Translations under genes and position numbers: made by a program | In this document: positions 23,054 to 32,213 of the stretch, in pieces | Layout of the letters: each line of letters starts with the position of its first letter | How positions within the stretch are numbered: position 1 is the first letter of the stretch | The notes under the pieces: generated by a model | Database searches by the model: none | Told to the model about the DNA's origin: nothing | The model's input: only the letters and a program-made list of their open reading frames with translations | Origin: Candidatus Woesearchaeota archaeon | GTDB taxonomy: Archaea; Nanobdellota; Nanobdellia; Pacearchaeales; GW2011-AR1 | DNA: 43,125 bases | Direction of reading: 5' to 3' | Assembly: GCA_964423055.1 (NCBI GenBank) | Contig: CAYRCZ010000002.1 | Location: 67,492-110,616, forward strand

Positions 23054-25756
23054 ATGGAACGTATTAATTTAAACAACGTTGCTTTACAGAGGATAAAAAA
23101 AGTATTAAGTTTTTTTGCTAGAAAGGTTGATTGGTTGGTTTATGTTTTACTAGCATTTGTGGTTTACTTGGCTGTTTGGATACGTACTCTAAATACTCCC
23201 GGCCTTAGAGATATCACTACCGGTGGTTGGACTCTTGGACCTGATTTAGATCCTTTTCTTTTCCTTAGATGGGCCAAATATATCGTTGAAAATGGTAGCT
23301 TATTTTCAATAGATGCAATGAGGTATGTTCCATTAGGGTTTAATACAGGTTTAGAATATCCCTTATTATCAAACCTTATTGCAATATTCCATAAGGTGGC
23401 AATTTTATTCGGAAGCGTTTCAGTAGAACAATCTGCAGTTTATTTTCCAGTTTTTATGTTCGCGATAACAGTTGTCGCTTTCTTCTTAATGACTAGAGAA
23501 GCTTTCTTAGAAACTGCTGGAAAAAGAAATGCAGGATATATTGCAGTTGTTGCATCATTTTTCTTATCTGTAATACCTGTATTCATACCTCGAACTATCG
23601 CTGGAATTCCTGAAAAAGAATCTGCAGCATTCTTCTTCTTATTTATGGGATTCTATCTACTTATTAAAGGATGGACCTCTAAAGGAAAGAAGGGGTACAT
23701 TTTATGTTTATTAGGCGGTATCTTTGCAGGAACAATGGGCCTTATTTGGGGAGGGTATGCTTATGTACTTCTTATTCTAAATACCACGATACTGATATTA
23801 TTTTTCTTAGATAATTTGACAAATGAAGGTAAACTAAGATATGTTATTTTCTTATTTTTTGCAGAAATTATGCCATTTACATTCTTTTCTGAAAGATTTG
23901 ATATTTTAAGTCATGCGGCAAGCGTTGAGGGAATGACTGCAGCGGTGACTCTGTTTGTGCTTCTTTGTGATTTTGTAGTGCATGGAAAACTAGCCCACTA
24001 TATTCCAAATAAACTTAAACCATATAAAAAACTCACTTCAATAATCGCTGCTGGAATTGTAATCCCCCTACTCGGAACAATATTTTTAGGTCATGAATAT
24101 ATTTTAAGCCAAATATCTAATCTTTATCATCAGCTTGTACGACCTGCTACTTCAAGACTTATTCAAACTGTTGCGGAAAATAGACAACCATTCTTTGTTG
24201 AATGGGCTAGAAATTTTGGACCTTACTTTGGCTCAATACCTATCCTTTTAGTAATCTTCTTCGGCTCTGCATTAACTTTAATATTTAATTCTCTTAAAAA
24301 TTCTGAAATTTCGAGTAAACATAAAGCAATAATACTAAGCTCTTTCGCATTTTTCGCTTTCGCAATCGTTATGACAAGATATTCTTCAGAAGGCCTTTTC
24401 AATGGATCTAATTTCATAAGCGTAGCAACATATTTCCTTGGAGCAATTTTACTCTTCTTATCATTTAGTTATGTTCAATTAAAGAATAAAGAAAATAAAG
24501 AATTATTCAAAAAAATACCTTTTGGAGTAGTTTTAATTATCGCATTTTTCATCATTGGAGTTATATCTTCTAGGGCGTTCATAAGACTAGTTTTAATGCT
24601 TGTTCCTCCTGCTTCGATGTTGATAGGTTATATTTTCGTACTTTCTATAAATAAGATGCACCATTCAATAATTAAAAAAGATTTATTTAACTGGAAGAGC
24701 CTTGTAAGTATATTACTAATAATTTCAATAATATTTTCTGGATATTATCACCTTCAAGGAAGCAAGGAGCTATCAAGAAATTATGTCCCTTCAAGTTACA
24801 CCCAACAATGGCAAAAAGCTATGCAATGGGTAAGAGAAAGTACTCCTTCAAATGCTGTTTTTGGTCATTGGTGGGACTATGGTTACTGGGTGCAAACAAT
24901 GGGGGAGAGAGCCACAGTTCTTGATGGGGGAAACTTATTAGGCTACTGGAACCATTTGATGGGAAGATATGCTTTGACAGAGACAGACTTTAGTAAAACT
25001 CTGGACTTTCTTTATAGTCACAATGTAACTCATTTCCTAATTGACTCAACAGATATTGGAAAATATAGTGCATTTTCAACAATAGGTTCTGATGCAACAT
25101 ACGACCGAACTAGTTGGATCCCTACATTGATAAGAGATAATACGCAAACATCTCAGAAAAAAAATTCAACTGTTTTTGTATACCCTGGTGGTTCTATGAT
25201 CGATGAAGATATAATTTATGAGGTTAATGGAACTGAAATATTCTTACCTTCTGAAAAGACTTATGTTGCAGCGATAATTGTTGAAGTTGATAGCAATGAT
25301 TTGATTTCTGATGTTCAAGCAATATATTACTTCCAAGATAAAACTTATCAGGTGCCATTAAGGTACTATTGGGATCAAAAAGTTGGACTTGTAGATCGAG
25401 GGGAAGGTATCTCTGCGGGCGCATTCTTCTTCCCTAAGGTAAACTTGAATAATCAAGGTGGGGGAGATATAGAGCCTAGAGGTGCGTCATTATACTTAAG
25501 TCCTAGAACTGTAATGAGCAATGTGGCGAGATTCTATCTTTATGGTGCAGAATCAAACAGTTTCAAGTTGGCCCACTCCGAACCAGATCAATTTGTAGAG
25601 TTACTTAAATCTCAGAACGTAATACAAGGAGATTTTGTATTCTTGAATGAATTTAGAGGACCAATAAAAATATGGGAGTTAAACTACCCATCCGATATGA
25701 AAGTTAATGAAGATTTCCTTCAAACAGAATATCCAGAAGAAATCTTATATAGCTAG
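23054..25756 (+). CDS. aglB: oligosaccharyltransferase AglB (STT3 family)
   Basis: 900 aa with a multi-TM N-terminal half. First-loop acidic motif GPDLDPF. WWDYG at nt 24869-24883. DK-type motif DIGK at 25052-25063. Soluble C-terminal domain. Confidence 0.93.
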   Translation: MERINLNNVALQRIKKVLSFFARKVDWLVYVLLAFVVYLAVWIRTLNTPGLRDITTGGWTLGPDLDPFLFLRWAKYIVENGSLFSIDAMRYVPLGFNTGLEYPLLSNLIAIFHKVAILFGSVSVEQSAVYFPVFMFAITVVAFFLMTREAFLETAGKRNAGYIAVVASFFLSVIPVFIPRTIAGIPEKESAAFFFLFMGFYLLIKGWTSKGKKGYILCLLGGIFAGTMGLIWGGYAYVLLILNTTILILFFLDNLTNEGKLRYVIFLFFAEIMPFTFFSERFDILSHAASVEGMTAAVTLFVLLCDFVVHGKLAHYIPNKLKPYKKLTSIIAAGIVIPLLGTIFLGHEYILSQISNLYHQLVRPATSRLIQTVAENRQPFFVEWARNFGPYFGSIPILLVIFFGSALTLIFNSLKNSEISSKHKAIILSSFAFFAFAIVMTRYSSEGLFNGSNFISVATYFLGAILLFLSFSYVQLKNKENKELFKKIPFGVVLIIAFFIIGVISSRAFIRLVLMLVPPASMLIGYIFVLSINKMHHSIIKKDLFNWKSLVSILLIISIIFSGYYHLQGSKELSRNYVPSSYTQQWQKAMQWVRESTPSNAVFGHWWDYGYWVQTMGERATVLDGGNLLGYWNHLMGRYALTETDFSKTLDFLYSHNVTHFLIDSTDIGKYSAFSTIGSDATYDRTSWIPTLIRDNTQTSQKKNSTVFVYPGGSMIDEDIIYEVNGTEIFLPSEKTYVAAIIVEVDSNDLISDVQAIYYFQDKTYQVPLRYYWDQKVGLVDRGEGISAGAFFFPKVNLNNQGGGDIEPRGASLYLSPRTVMSNVARFYLYGAESNSFKLAHSEPDQFVELLKSQNVIQGDFVFLNEFRGPIKIWELNYPSDMKVNEDFLQTEYPEEILYS

Positions 25757-25762
25757 AGTTAA

Positions 25763-25770
25763 TTTAAAAA
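25763..25770 (+). promoter_or_regulatory. TATA box for the flippase gene
   Basis: TTTAAAAA starting 29 nt upstream of ATG 25792. Confidence 0.5.
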
Positions 25771-25791
25771 TAAGCAAATACAATACAATTT

Positions 25792-27015
25792 ATGAAATCT
25801 AATATTTTTAAAGGAAGTTTAATTCTCCTTATAGGATTTGGAATTTTTAACCTATTAAATTTAGTGTATCAATTTTCTATGGCTAGATTATTAACGCTTT
25901 CCGAACTCAGTATACTTGCTACTTTATTCAGTTTAGTTTATATTTTTGCAATATTTTCTGAATCAATACAGACTGTAGTAGCGAAGTATACGGTTTTAGC
26001 AGGAAGTAATGATGGAAAACTAAAAGGCTTACTCCAAAGATTTTTCAGAAAAAGTAAAAAATTTGCAAAAACTGCTATTCTTTTTTATTTAATAATTGCA
26101 ATTTTATTTTATTGGTTTCTTGAAATAAATTACTTGCTACTTGCACTTACTGGAGTAATTCTTTATTTTATGTTTCTTTTACCAATTACTAGAGGTGCGA
26201 TTCAGGGTCGCAAGCAATTTGTAAGTCTTAGTGCAAACTTAGTTTTAGAATCTGGATTAAAACTGTTCTTTAGCATCTTGCTAGTTTTGATTGGTTTTGA
26301 AATTTATGGAGCTATGATAGGGTTCATACTTGGAGCTTCTATTGCATTTTTGTTTTCATTTAAACCATTAAAGAAAATTTACAAATCCAATGAAGAGCCT
26401 ATGGATGTTGGAGGCATATTTAATTATGCTATGAAGAATAGTTCCATAATTGCAGGAGTTATTTTATTTTATAGTATTGATGTAGTTTTTGCTCGTTGGT
26501 TGTTTTTACCTGAAATTGCAGGGACTTATGCAGTTGCATCATTACTAGGTAAAATCATATTGTGGGCATCAATCCCAGTTTCTAAAGCGATGTTCCCTTT
26601 AGCTGCTGAAACGGTCAAAGGAGACAGAGAAGGTAAAAAGATTTTAAGAAACTCAATAATTATTTTATTGTTTTTGATATTTTTGTGTGTAGGGATGACA
26701 ATATTTTCTGAAGAAGTAATAACTTTGTTCTATGGAAGCGAATTAACAGGTGCTGTGGAAGTCTTGCCTTACCTAGTAGTCGCATTTAGTTTAATAGCAT
26801 TATCAAATATGATTTTATTATATAAAATATCTAAAGAAACTCTCAACCGAAAATATTCAATAAGTATATCCCTATTAGTTTTGATAGAAGCAGTCCTTTT
26901 TTATTATAATAGATCCAACACCCTATCATTTGCAAAAAGCTTCTTATTAGTATCTGGAATTCTCATGGCAATAGCCATATTTTCTTTGAGATCAACTAAA
27001 AACCGACATATTTAA
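25792..27015 (+). CDS. MOP-superfamily oligosaccharide flippase (Wzx-like), short form
   Basis: 407 aa with about 12 TM. The N-terminal pattern FNLLNLVYQFSMARLL..LSILATLFSL is typical of polysaccharide-biosynthesis flippases. Confidence 0.6.
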   Translation: MKSNIFKGSLILLIGFGIFNLLNLVYQFSMARLLTLSELSILATLFSLVYIFAIFSESIQTVVAKYTVLAGSNDGKLKGLLQRFFRKSKKFAKTAILFYLIIAILFYWFLEINYLLLALTGVILYFMFLLPITRGAIQGRKQFVSLSANLVLESGLKLFFSILLVLIGFEIYGAMIGFILGASIAFLFSFKPLKKIYKSNEEPMDVGGIFNYAMKNSSIIAGVILFYSIDVVFARWLFLPEIAGTYAVASLLGKIILWASIPVSKAMFPLAAETVKGDREGKKILRNSIIILLFLIFLCVGMTIFSEEVITLFYGSELTGAVEVLPYLVVAFSLIALSNMILLYKISKETLNRKYSISISLLVLIEAVLFYYNRSNTLSFAKSFLLVSGILMAIAIFSLRSTKNRHI

Positions 27016-27038
27016 AATAAGAGTATCTAAGGCTAAAT

Positions 27039-27815
27039 ATGTCAGAATTAGCAATTGTGATACCTGCTTATAATGAGGAAAAAAGGATAGAAAAAACCCT
27101 TAAAGCTTATTTATTATATTTTAGAAAATTACCAAAAAAAAACCTGAAAAATTTTAAAATAATAGTGGTTTTGAATAATTGTTCTGATGGTACTGAAAAA
27201 ATAGTTAAAAAAAATATTTGTAAAAATATAGAAATGTTAAATTTTAAGAAAGGAGGAAAGGGATTTGCAGTTATTGAAGGATTTAAGCATGCCTTAAGAG
27301 GAAATTATACCCATATAGGTTTTGTTGATGCAGATATGTCCACTTCCCCTGAAGAATATTACAGATTGTATTCAAAAATTGAAAATAATGATGGAGTTAT
27401 TGCTAGTAGATACCTTAAAGGTGCTAAGTTAAGCCCTTCAAATACATTGCCAAGAATATTAGCCTCAAGAGTTTATAATTCCCTGATAAGGGCAACCCTT
27501 CAAATACCTTATAGGGATACCCAGTGTGGAGCAAAAATATTTAGGAGAAAAACAATTTACCAGATAATAAATAAAATGGGAATGACTTCTTGGGCATTTG
27601 ATATTGAAATGCTTTACTTAATGAATAAAAATAAATTTAAAATAATTGAAGTTCCGACAATCTGGTCAAATAGAGACTATTCTAAAATAAACTTTTGGAA
27701 ATCTGGGCCTTGGATGGCCATGTCTGTTTTAAGGTTTAGACTTATTAATTCACCATTAAAAAAAATGATTAGGATTTATGATAAGTTTATTAGGTTTTTC
27801 AAACCTTCAATGTAA
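27039..27815 (+). CDS. GT2 polyprenyl/dolichyl-phosphate hexosyltransferase (DPM1/Alg5-like)
   Basis: IVIPAYNEEKRI, VDADMSTSPEE (DxD) and YRDTQCGAKIFRR match the Dol-P sugar synthase subgroup of GT2. Confidence 0.75.
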   Translation: MSELAIVIPAYNEEKRIEKTLKAYLLYFRKLPKKNLKNFKIIVVLNNCSDGTEKIVKKNICKNIEMLNFKKGGKGFAVIEGFKHALRGNYTHIGFVDADMSTSPEEYYRLYSKIENNDGVIASRYLKGAKLSPSNTLPRILASRVYNSLIRATLQIPYRDTQCGAKIFRRKTIYQIINKMGMTSWAFDIEMLYLMNKNKFKIIEVPTIWSNRDYSKINFWKSGPWMAMSVLRFRLINSPLKKMIRIYDKFIRFFKPSM

Positions 27816-27816
27816 A

Positions 27817-28296
27817 ATGGATAAGAATATTGCAATAATAACATCTCAAGGAGGACATTTAGGTCAAATGAAGTTACTATTTTCCGAAAAAACATTAGGC
27901 AACCATAAATGCATATTATTAACTGAAGATCTTAAACCAAGAGTAAAATTAAAATCATTTTTGGGAAAATATACTACATACTACTTAGAAAAGGATGTAT
28001 TACTAAAACCAAATCCCATAACCTATGTTAGAACTTTGTTCAAATTAATTAAAATATTAAAAAAGGAAAAAATAAATTTGATATTTACAAATGGTGCTCA
28101 AATATCCATCCCTGCAGTTATCGCTGGAAGGATTCTTGGAATAAAAAGCATTTTTATTGATACAGTAATAAGAGTTAAGACCCCAAATTGGTCTGCTAAA
28201 GCATCCTATCCTTTTGCTAATGAATTTTGGGTCCAACATCAAAATATGGCCAAAAAATATGGCAAGAAAGCAAAATATGTCGGAGGAATAGTATGA
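27817..28296 (+). CDS. Alg14-like subunit (Cps14F/PssD family) of a split GT-B glycosyltransferase
   Basis: IAIITSQGGHLGQM and IFTNGAQISIPAVIAGRILGIKSIFIDT..WVQHQ. ATG 27817 follows the upstream stop as TAAAATG. The ORF-track start at 27778 lies inside the previous gene. Confidence 0.75.
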   Translation: MDKNIAIITSQGGHLGQMKLLFSEKTLGNHKCILLTEDLKPRVKLKSFLGKYTTYYLEKDVLLKPNPITYVRTLFKLIKILKKEKINLIFTNGAQISIPAVIAGRILGIKSIFIDTVIRVKTPNWSAKASYPFANEFWVQHQNMAKKYGKKAKYVGGIV

Positions 28297-28760
28297 TATT
28301 TGTAACAATAGGGACTCACCCTGATCAATTTGATAGGCTTATAAGAAGGATTGATGAAATTGCCCCGCAAATCAAAGAAAAGATAGTAGTTCAGAGAGGA
28401 TTTACTAAATATAAACCAAAGAATGTAGAATATTTTGATTTTACAGATAATATTGACAAATATTACAGAGATTCAAGAATAGTAATAGCCCAGTCGGCAA
28501 CTTCCCTAATAGAATTTATATTAAAATATGGTAAACCTGTTATTACTGTTCCTCGAGAATCTAAATATAAAGAACATATTAATGACCACCAGGTTGAATT
28601 CGGAGAGTATTTTGCTAAGAGAGCTAATGTCTTAATGATTAGAGATATGAAGGATCTAACTCCAAAATTGTTAATTAATTATAAGAAAAAACCAAAAATA
28701 AACTTAGATGGATTGCATAAGTTGCAAAATAAAATAATGAGGGCTATAGAAGAGTTATGA
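28293..28760 (+). CDS. Alg13-like catalytic subunit (GT28 C-terminal domain; Cps14G/PssE family)
   Basis: MIFVTIGTHPDQFDRLI and PRESKYKEHINDHQVEF. ATGA overlap with the Alg14-like gene. Confidence 0.75.
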   Translation: MIFVTIGTHPDQFDRLIRRIDEIAPQIKEKIVVQRGFTKYKPKNVEYFDFTDNIDKYYRDSRIVIAQSATSLIEFILKYGKPVITVPRESKYKEHINDHQVEFGEYFAKRANVLMIRDMKDLTPKLLINYKKKPKINLDGLHKLQNKIMRAIEEL

Positions 28761-29410
28761 AATTTGCAGATAATAGGACAGATTTTGTAATAAATCTTTC
28801 AGAAATAAAAAAAGACGATTCTGTTTTAACTGTTGGAGTTGCACATATACCCGAAATAGAACAATTAATAGAGCTCAAAACTAAAAAATCTAATTGTATA
28901 GATATTGATTCAAATAAAATAGAACACGCTAAAAAATATGCTAAAAAAACAAATTTTATCAAAGGAGATATAACTAAACAAAATATAAAATTAGCCAATA
29001 AATTTGATACTATAATTATGCTTGAAGTTTTAGAACATTTAAAAAACGATCATTTAGCATTGAAAAATATAAGAAATATGCTTAGAAAAAACGGAAAGCT
29101 AATAATTTCTGTACCAAATAAACATCCATTACATTTCTTAAATCCTTTATTATATACGCAGCATGAAAGACATTATAACTTGCAAGAATTATTGGAAATC
29201 TTAAAAAAATCAGGTTTTAAAATAAAATACTATAATACTGTGGAATCTCCAAAATTAATATTTGATTTATATGTTCACTTATTTTGTAAATATATCTTAA
29301 GAAAAAGCGTTAGGTTTGCAATACTGACTGGAAAAAAAGATAAAACTTACTTAAAAAATAACTCTGTTTCTAAAGGTCTTGATTCTTTAGTTGTCGCATT
29401 GAAAAATTAG
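28757..29410 (+). CDS. class I SAM-dependent methyltransferase
   Basis: FDTIIMLEVLEHLKND and LRKNGKLIISVPN. ATGA overlap with the upstream gene. Confidence 0.7.
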   Translation: MKFADNRTDFVINLSEIKKDDSVLTVGVAHIPEIEQLIELKTKKSNCIDIDSNKIEHAKKYAKKTNFIKGDITKQNIKLANKFDTIIMLEVLEHLKNDHLALKNIRNMLRKNGKLIISVPNKHPLHFLNPLLYTQHERHYNLQELLEILKKSGFKIKYYNTVESPKLIFDLYVHLFCKYILRKSVRFAILTGKKDKTYLKNNSVSKGLDSLVVALKN

Positions 29411-30396
29411 AGATATTTAACAAAATTTTTTATCTTTGATAATGTAATAAATCCATAAATTAGAGTAAGAAAAAAGACGTAGAATGGGTGAAGAATCCAA
29501 AAAAACTGCCTTGAGTTAACCATCTTATGAGCTACTGACAAAAATGGAATTATAAAAGTTAAATTTGTTAAAACCATTAAGAAAAATCTTAACGTACTGG
29601 GAGGACTACCTACTTTTGACCATTGGAATTTTTTAGAAGCATATTCTTTATCCATGAAACGATAAAAATATGTGCCCTTCTTCTTTAGAAAAGATAACAT
29701 ATTGTTTGAAGTCTTGTGGTATACCTTGGATTTCTTAGAAACTGCTACCCTCATATTCTTGCTAGCCATTGATGCAGATACATCCACATCACGAGTATAA
29801 CCTTTAATTTTTTTAAAAACTGATTTTCTAAATGCGCAACCATTTGCTCCAAAAAATAAGACATTATCTTCTGAAAGATCAAAAATATAATAATTTCCAA
29901 CAGACTTAAATTTAGATTCATTAAGAACAATTTGGGCCACTAATGAATATGGAGTAGCAAATGGGTCCTCTACACCTAAAGAGTTTACATATTTAAGAAA
30001 ATTAGTATCTTTTTTTCTCGGAGAGGTTAAAGATTGTGAAGCCATAACAGAGGAATCATTAAATGGCTCAAGAATATTTTTTATCCAATTTTTATCAGTT
30101 AAAATATTATCATGGTCTAGAAAAATTATAACTTCCCCTTTAGACTTAGAGACCCCTTGATCTTTGGCCATTCCCTTACCCTCAGATAACTTATAGGGGT
30201 TATGGAACAATTTAATGTTTCTTTCCTTTTTTTGGTAATTTTTTATAATCTCTAATGTTTTATCTGTAGATCCACCATCTACTATAATTATTTCATAATC
30301 TTCTTTAGGATAATCTTGCATCAAAATTGAATTCAGACATTCACTTAGAGTACTACTTGCATTTAATATTCCTAAGACATAACTGACTTTTACCAT
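29407..30396 (-). CDS. GT2 glycosyltransferase with C-terminal TM helices
   Basis: VSYVLGILNASSTL..IIIVDGGSTDKT..IIFLDHDN (DxD). Two hydrophobic C-terminal helices. Last gene of a TAATG-coupled minus-strand operon. Confidence 0.8.
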   Translation of the reverse strand: MVKVSYVLGILNASSTLSECLNSILMQDYPKEDYEIIIVDGGSTDKTLEIIKNYQKKERNIKLFHNPYKLSEGKGMAKDQGVSKSKGEVIIFLDHDNILTDKNWIKNILEPFNDSSVMASQSLTSPRKKDTNFLKYVNSLGVEDPFATPYSLVAQIVLNESKFKSVGNYYIFDLSEDNVLFFGANGCAFRKSVFKKIKGYTRDVDVSASMASKNMRVAVSKKSKVYHKTSNNMLSFLKKKGTYFYRFMDKEYASKKFQWSKVGSPPSTLRFFLMVLTNLTFIIPFLSVAHKMVNSRQFFWILHPFYVFFLTLIYGFITLSKIKNFVKYL

Positions 30397-32213
30397 TAAA
30401 CAATCACCTTTTTTAGATCCATTTTATCTATGTAAATCTTATACCATAATTCCAGATTTAGAAGAGTCCATAACTTATGGTCATTTCGATATTTTGTGGG
30501 ATTCTTAATCAATTTGTCTATTTCAGAGACATGAAATAAGCCTCTTTTCTTAAGGTCTTCAATATGAGGACTTACTCTGCTTAAGAAATCTCCATTAGTA
30601 AACCATGTTGAAATTGGAAGACTAAAACCTTGTTTTTTACGATTAACAATTGCCTTAGGAAGATGAGGAGAAACTGTCTGTCTAAATAAGGATTTGTTAA
30701 TTTTATATTTTCTCTTAAGAGGAAGAATAGTTTCAATGAGATCTTTATCTAAAAATGGCGCTCTTACTTCCAATCCACTAGCCATACTCATTTTGTCCAC
30801 TTTCATCAAAAGATCATTAGGCAACCACTCAGAAAAATAAAATTTAACGGATGTTTTGTAAAGATCTTTCTCTTTATAGTCATCAATAATATCTGGAATA
30901 TCTTTTCCTGAAAAAAGCTTCATTTCATCAGCATTAAAAGGGAAATAATACAATTTCTTATAAGCCTCATAAATATCCTTGCTTTTTGCAATCTCTGCAC
31001 CAAATAGGTAGATTTGTTTCTTAGGATATTTATTAAAAGATGAAATAAAGCTCATCGCTTTAGCTGCGAAATTTTTTAGCAATTTACTTTTTTTATCTAA
31101 TTTCTTCAATAATTCAAGCCTATTCACCGTATCATAACCTCCGAATACTTCATCTCCTCCTTCTCCTGAAAGTGCTACCTTGACCCTTTTACTTACTTCC
31201 TTACATAGTAAATAGGTTGGAAGTGATGCTGGGTCTGAAATAGGTTCATCCATGTGGTAAATAACTTCTGGAAGATACGACAGTATATCTTTCTCTAAAA
31301 TTATTTCTGTGTGTTCTGTCTTAAAATGATTTGCAACAAGTCTTGCATACTTTGATTCGTCCATTCCTTCTTTGAAACCTACTGAAAAAGTTTTAATTTT
31401 GTCAGTTTTGCGCTTCATATAAGAAACAATTGCGCTCGAATCTAAACCTCCTGAAAGAAGAACACCTACTGGAACGTCTGAAATAAGCCTTTTTTCTACA
31501 GCATTTTCTAATAATATGTCTACTTCTTTTGTGGAAGCATCATTTTTTTCCTTAAGTAATGGTAATGACCAATAATTAGATATTTTTAATTTGCCTGACT
31601 TGAATAACGCATATGAAGAAGGAGGCAGTTTTTTAATATTCGAAAAAACAGTCTTATTTCCTGGAGAAAATCTAGACATTACAGTTTTTAGTAAGATATC
31701 TTTATCTACTGAATTACTAACTCCTGCCTTTAGGATAGACTTTATTTCTGAAGAAAAAACAAGCTTCCCATCATTTATAGAATAGTATAATGGTTTTTTG
31801 CCAATCCTATCTCTTGCTAAAAATAATTCCTTAGACTTTTTATCCCATATAGCAAATGCAAACATCCCATCTAATTTAGAGCATATTTTCTCGCCATATT
31901 CACTATAACCTGCTAAGATAACTTCCGTATCACTTCCACTACTAAACTTATGACCTTTATTTTCAAGAACTGACTTTAAATCTTTAAAATTATATATCTC
32001 TCCGTTAAAAACTATGGCCAGATTATTATCTTCACTAAACATAGGTTGATTTCCATTTGAAGATAGGTCGATTATTGCTAGCCTTCTATGCCCTAAAGAA
32101 ATATCCTTATCTGTGAAATAACCTTTTGAATCTGGCCCCCTATGAGAGATGCAATCAGTTATTTTCCTAATAAGGTGAGTGTCTTCCCATGAAAAACCAG
32201 ATATTCCGCACAT
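30396..32213 (-). CDS. asnB: asparagine synthase (glutamine-hydrolysing) family amidotransferase
   Basis: N-terminal nucleophile MCGISGF. GATase-II motifs HRGPD, HRRLAIIDLS and NGEIYN. Synthetase domain VGVLLSGGLDSS. Confidence 0.9.
   Translation of the reverse strand: MCGISGFSWEDTHLIRKITDCISHRGPDSKGYFTDKDISLGHRRLAIIDLSSNGNQPMFSEDNNLAIVFNGEIYNFKDLKSVLENKGHKFSSGSDTEVILAGYSEYGEKICSKLDGMFAFAIWDKKSKELFLARDRIGKKPLYYSINDGKLVFSSEIKSILKAGVSNSVDKDILLKTVMSRFSPGNKTVFSNIKKLPPSSYALFKSGKLKISNYWSLPLLKEKNDASTKEVDILLENAVEKRLISDVPVGVLLSGGLDSSAIVSYMKRKTDKIKTFSVGFKEGMDESKYARLVANHFKTEHTEIILEKDILSYLPEVIYHMDEPISDPASLPTYLLCKEVSKRVKVALSGEGGDEVFGGYDTVNRLELLKKLDKKSKLLKNFAAKAMSFISSFNKYPKKQIYLFGAEIAKSKDIYEAYKKLYYFPFNADEMKLFSGKDIPDIIDDYKEKDLYKTSVKFYFSEWLPNDLLMKVDKMSMASGLEVRAPFLDKDLIETILPLKRKYKINKSLFRQTVSPHLPKAIVNRKKQGFSLPISTWFTNGDFLSRVSPHIEDLKKRGLFHVSEIDKLIKNPTKYRNDHKLWTLLNLELWYKIYIDKMDLKKVIV

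Noticed and set aside
30396-32213. AsnB read simply as housekeeping asparagine synthetase.
   Set aside because: Not excluded. However, TAATG coupling on both sides to glycosyltransferases makes a glycan-amidation role more likely, so it is treated within the module finding.
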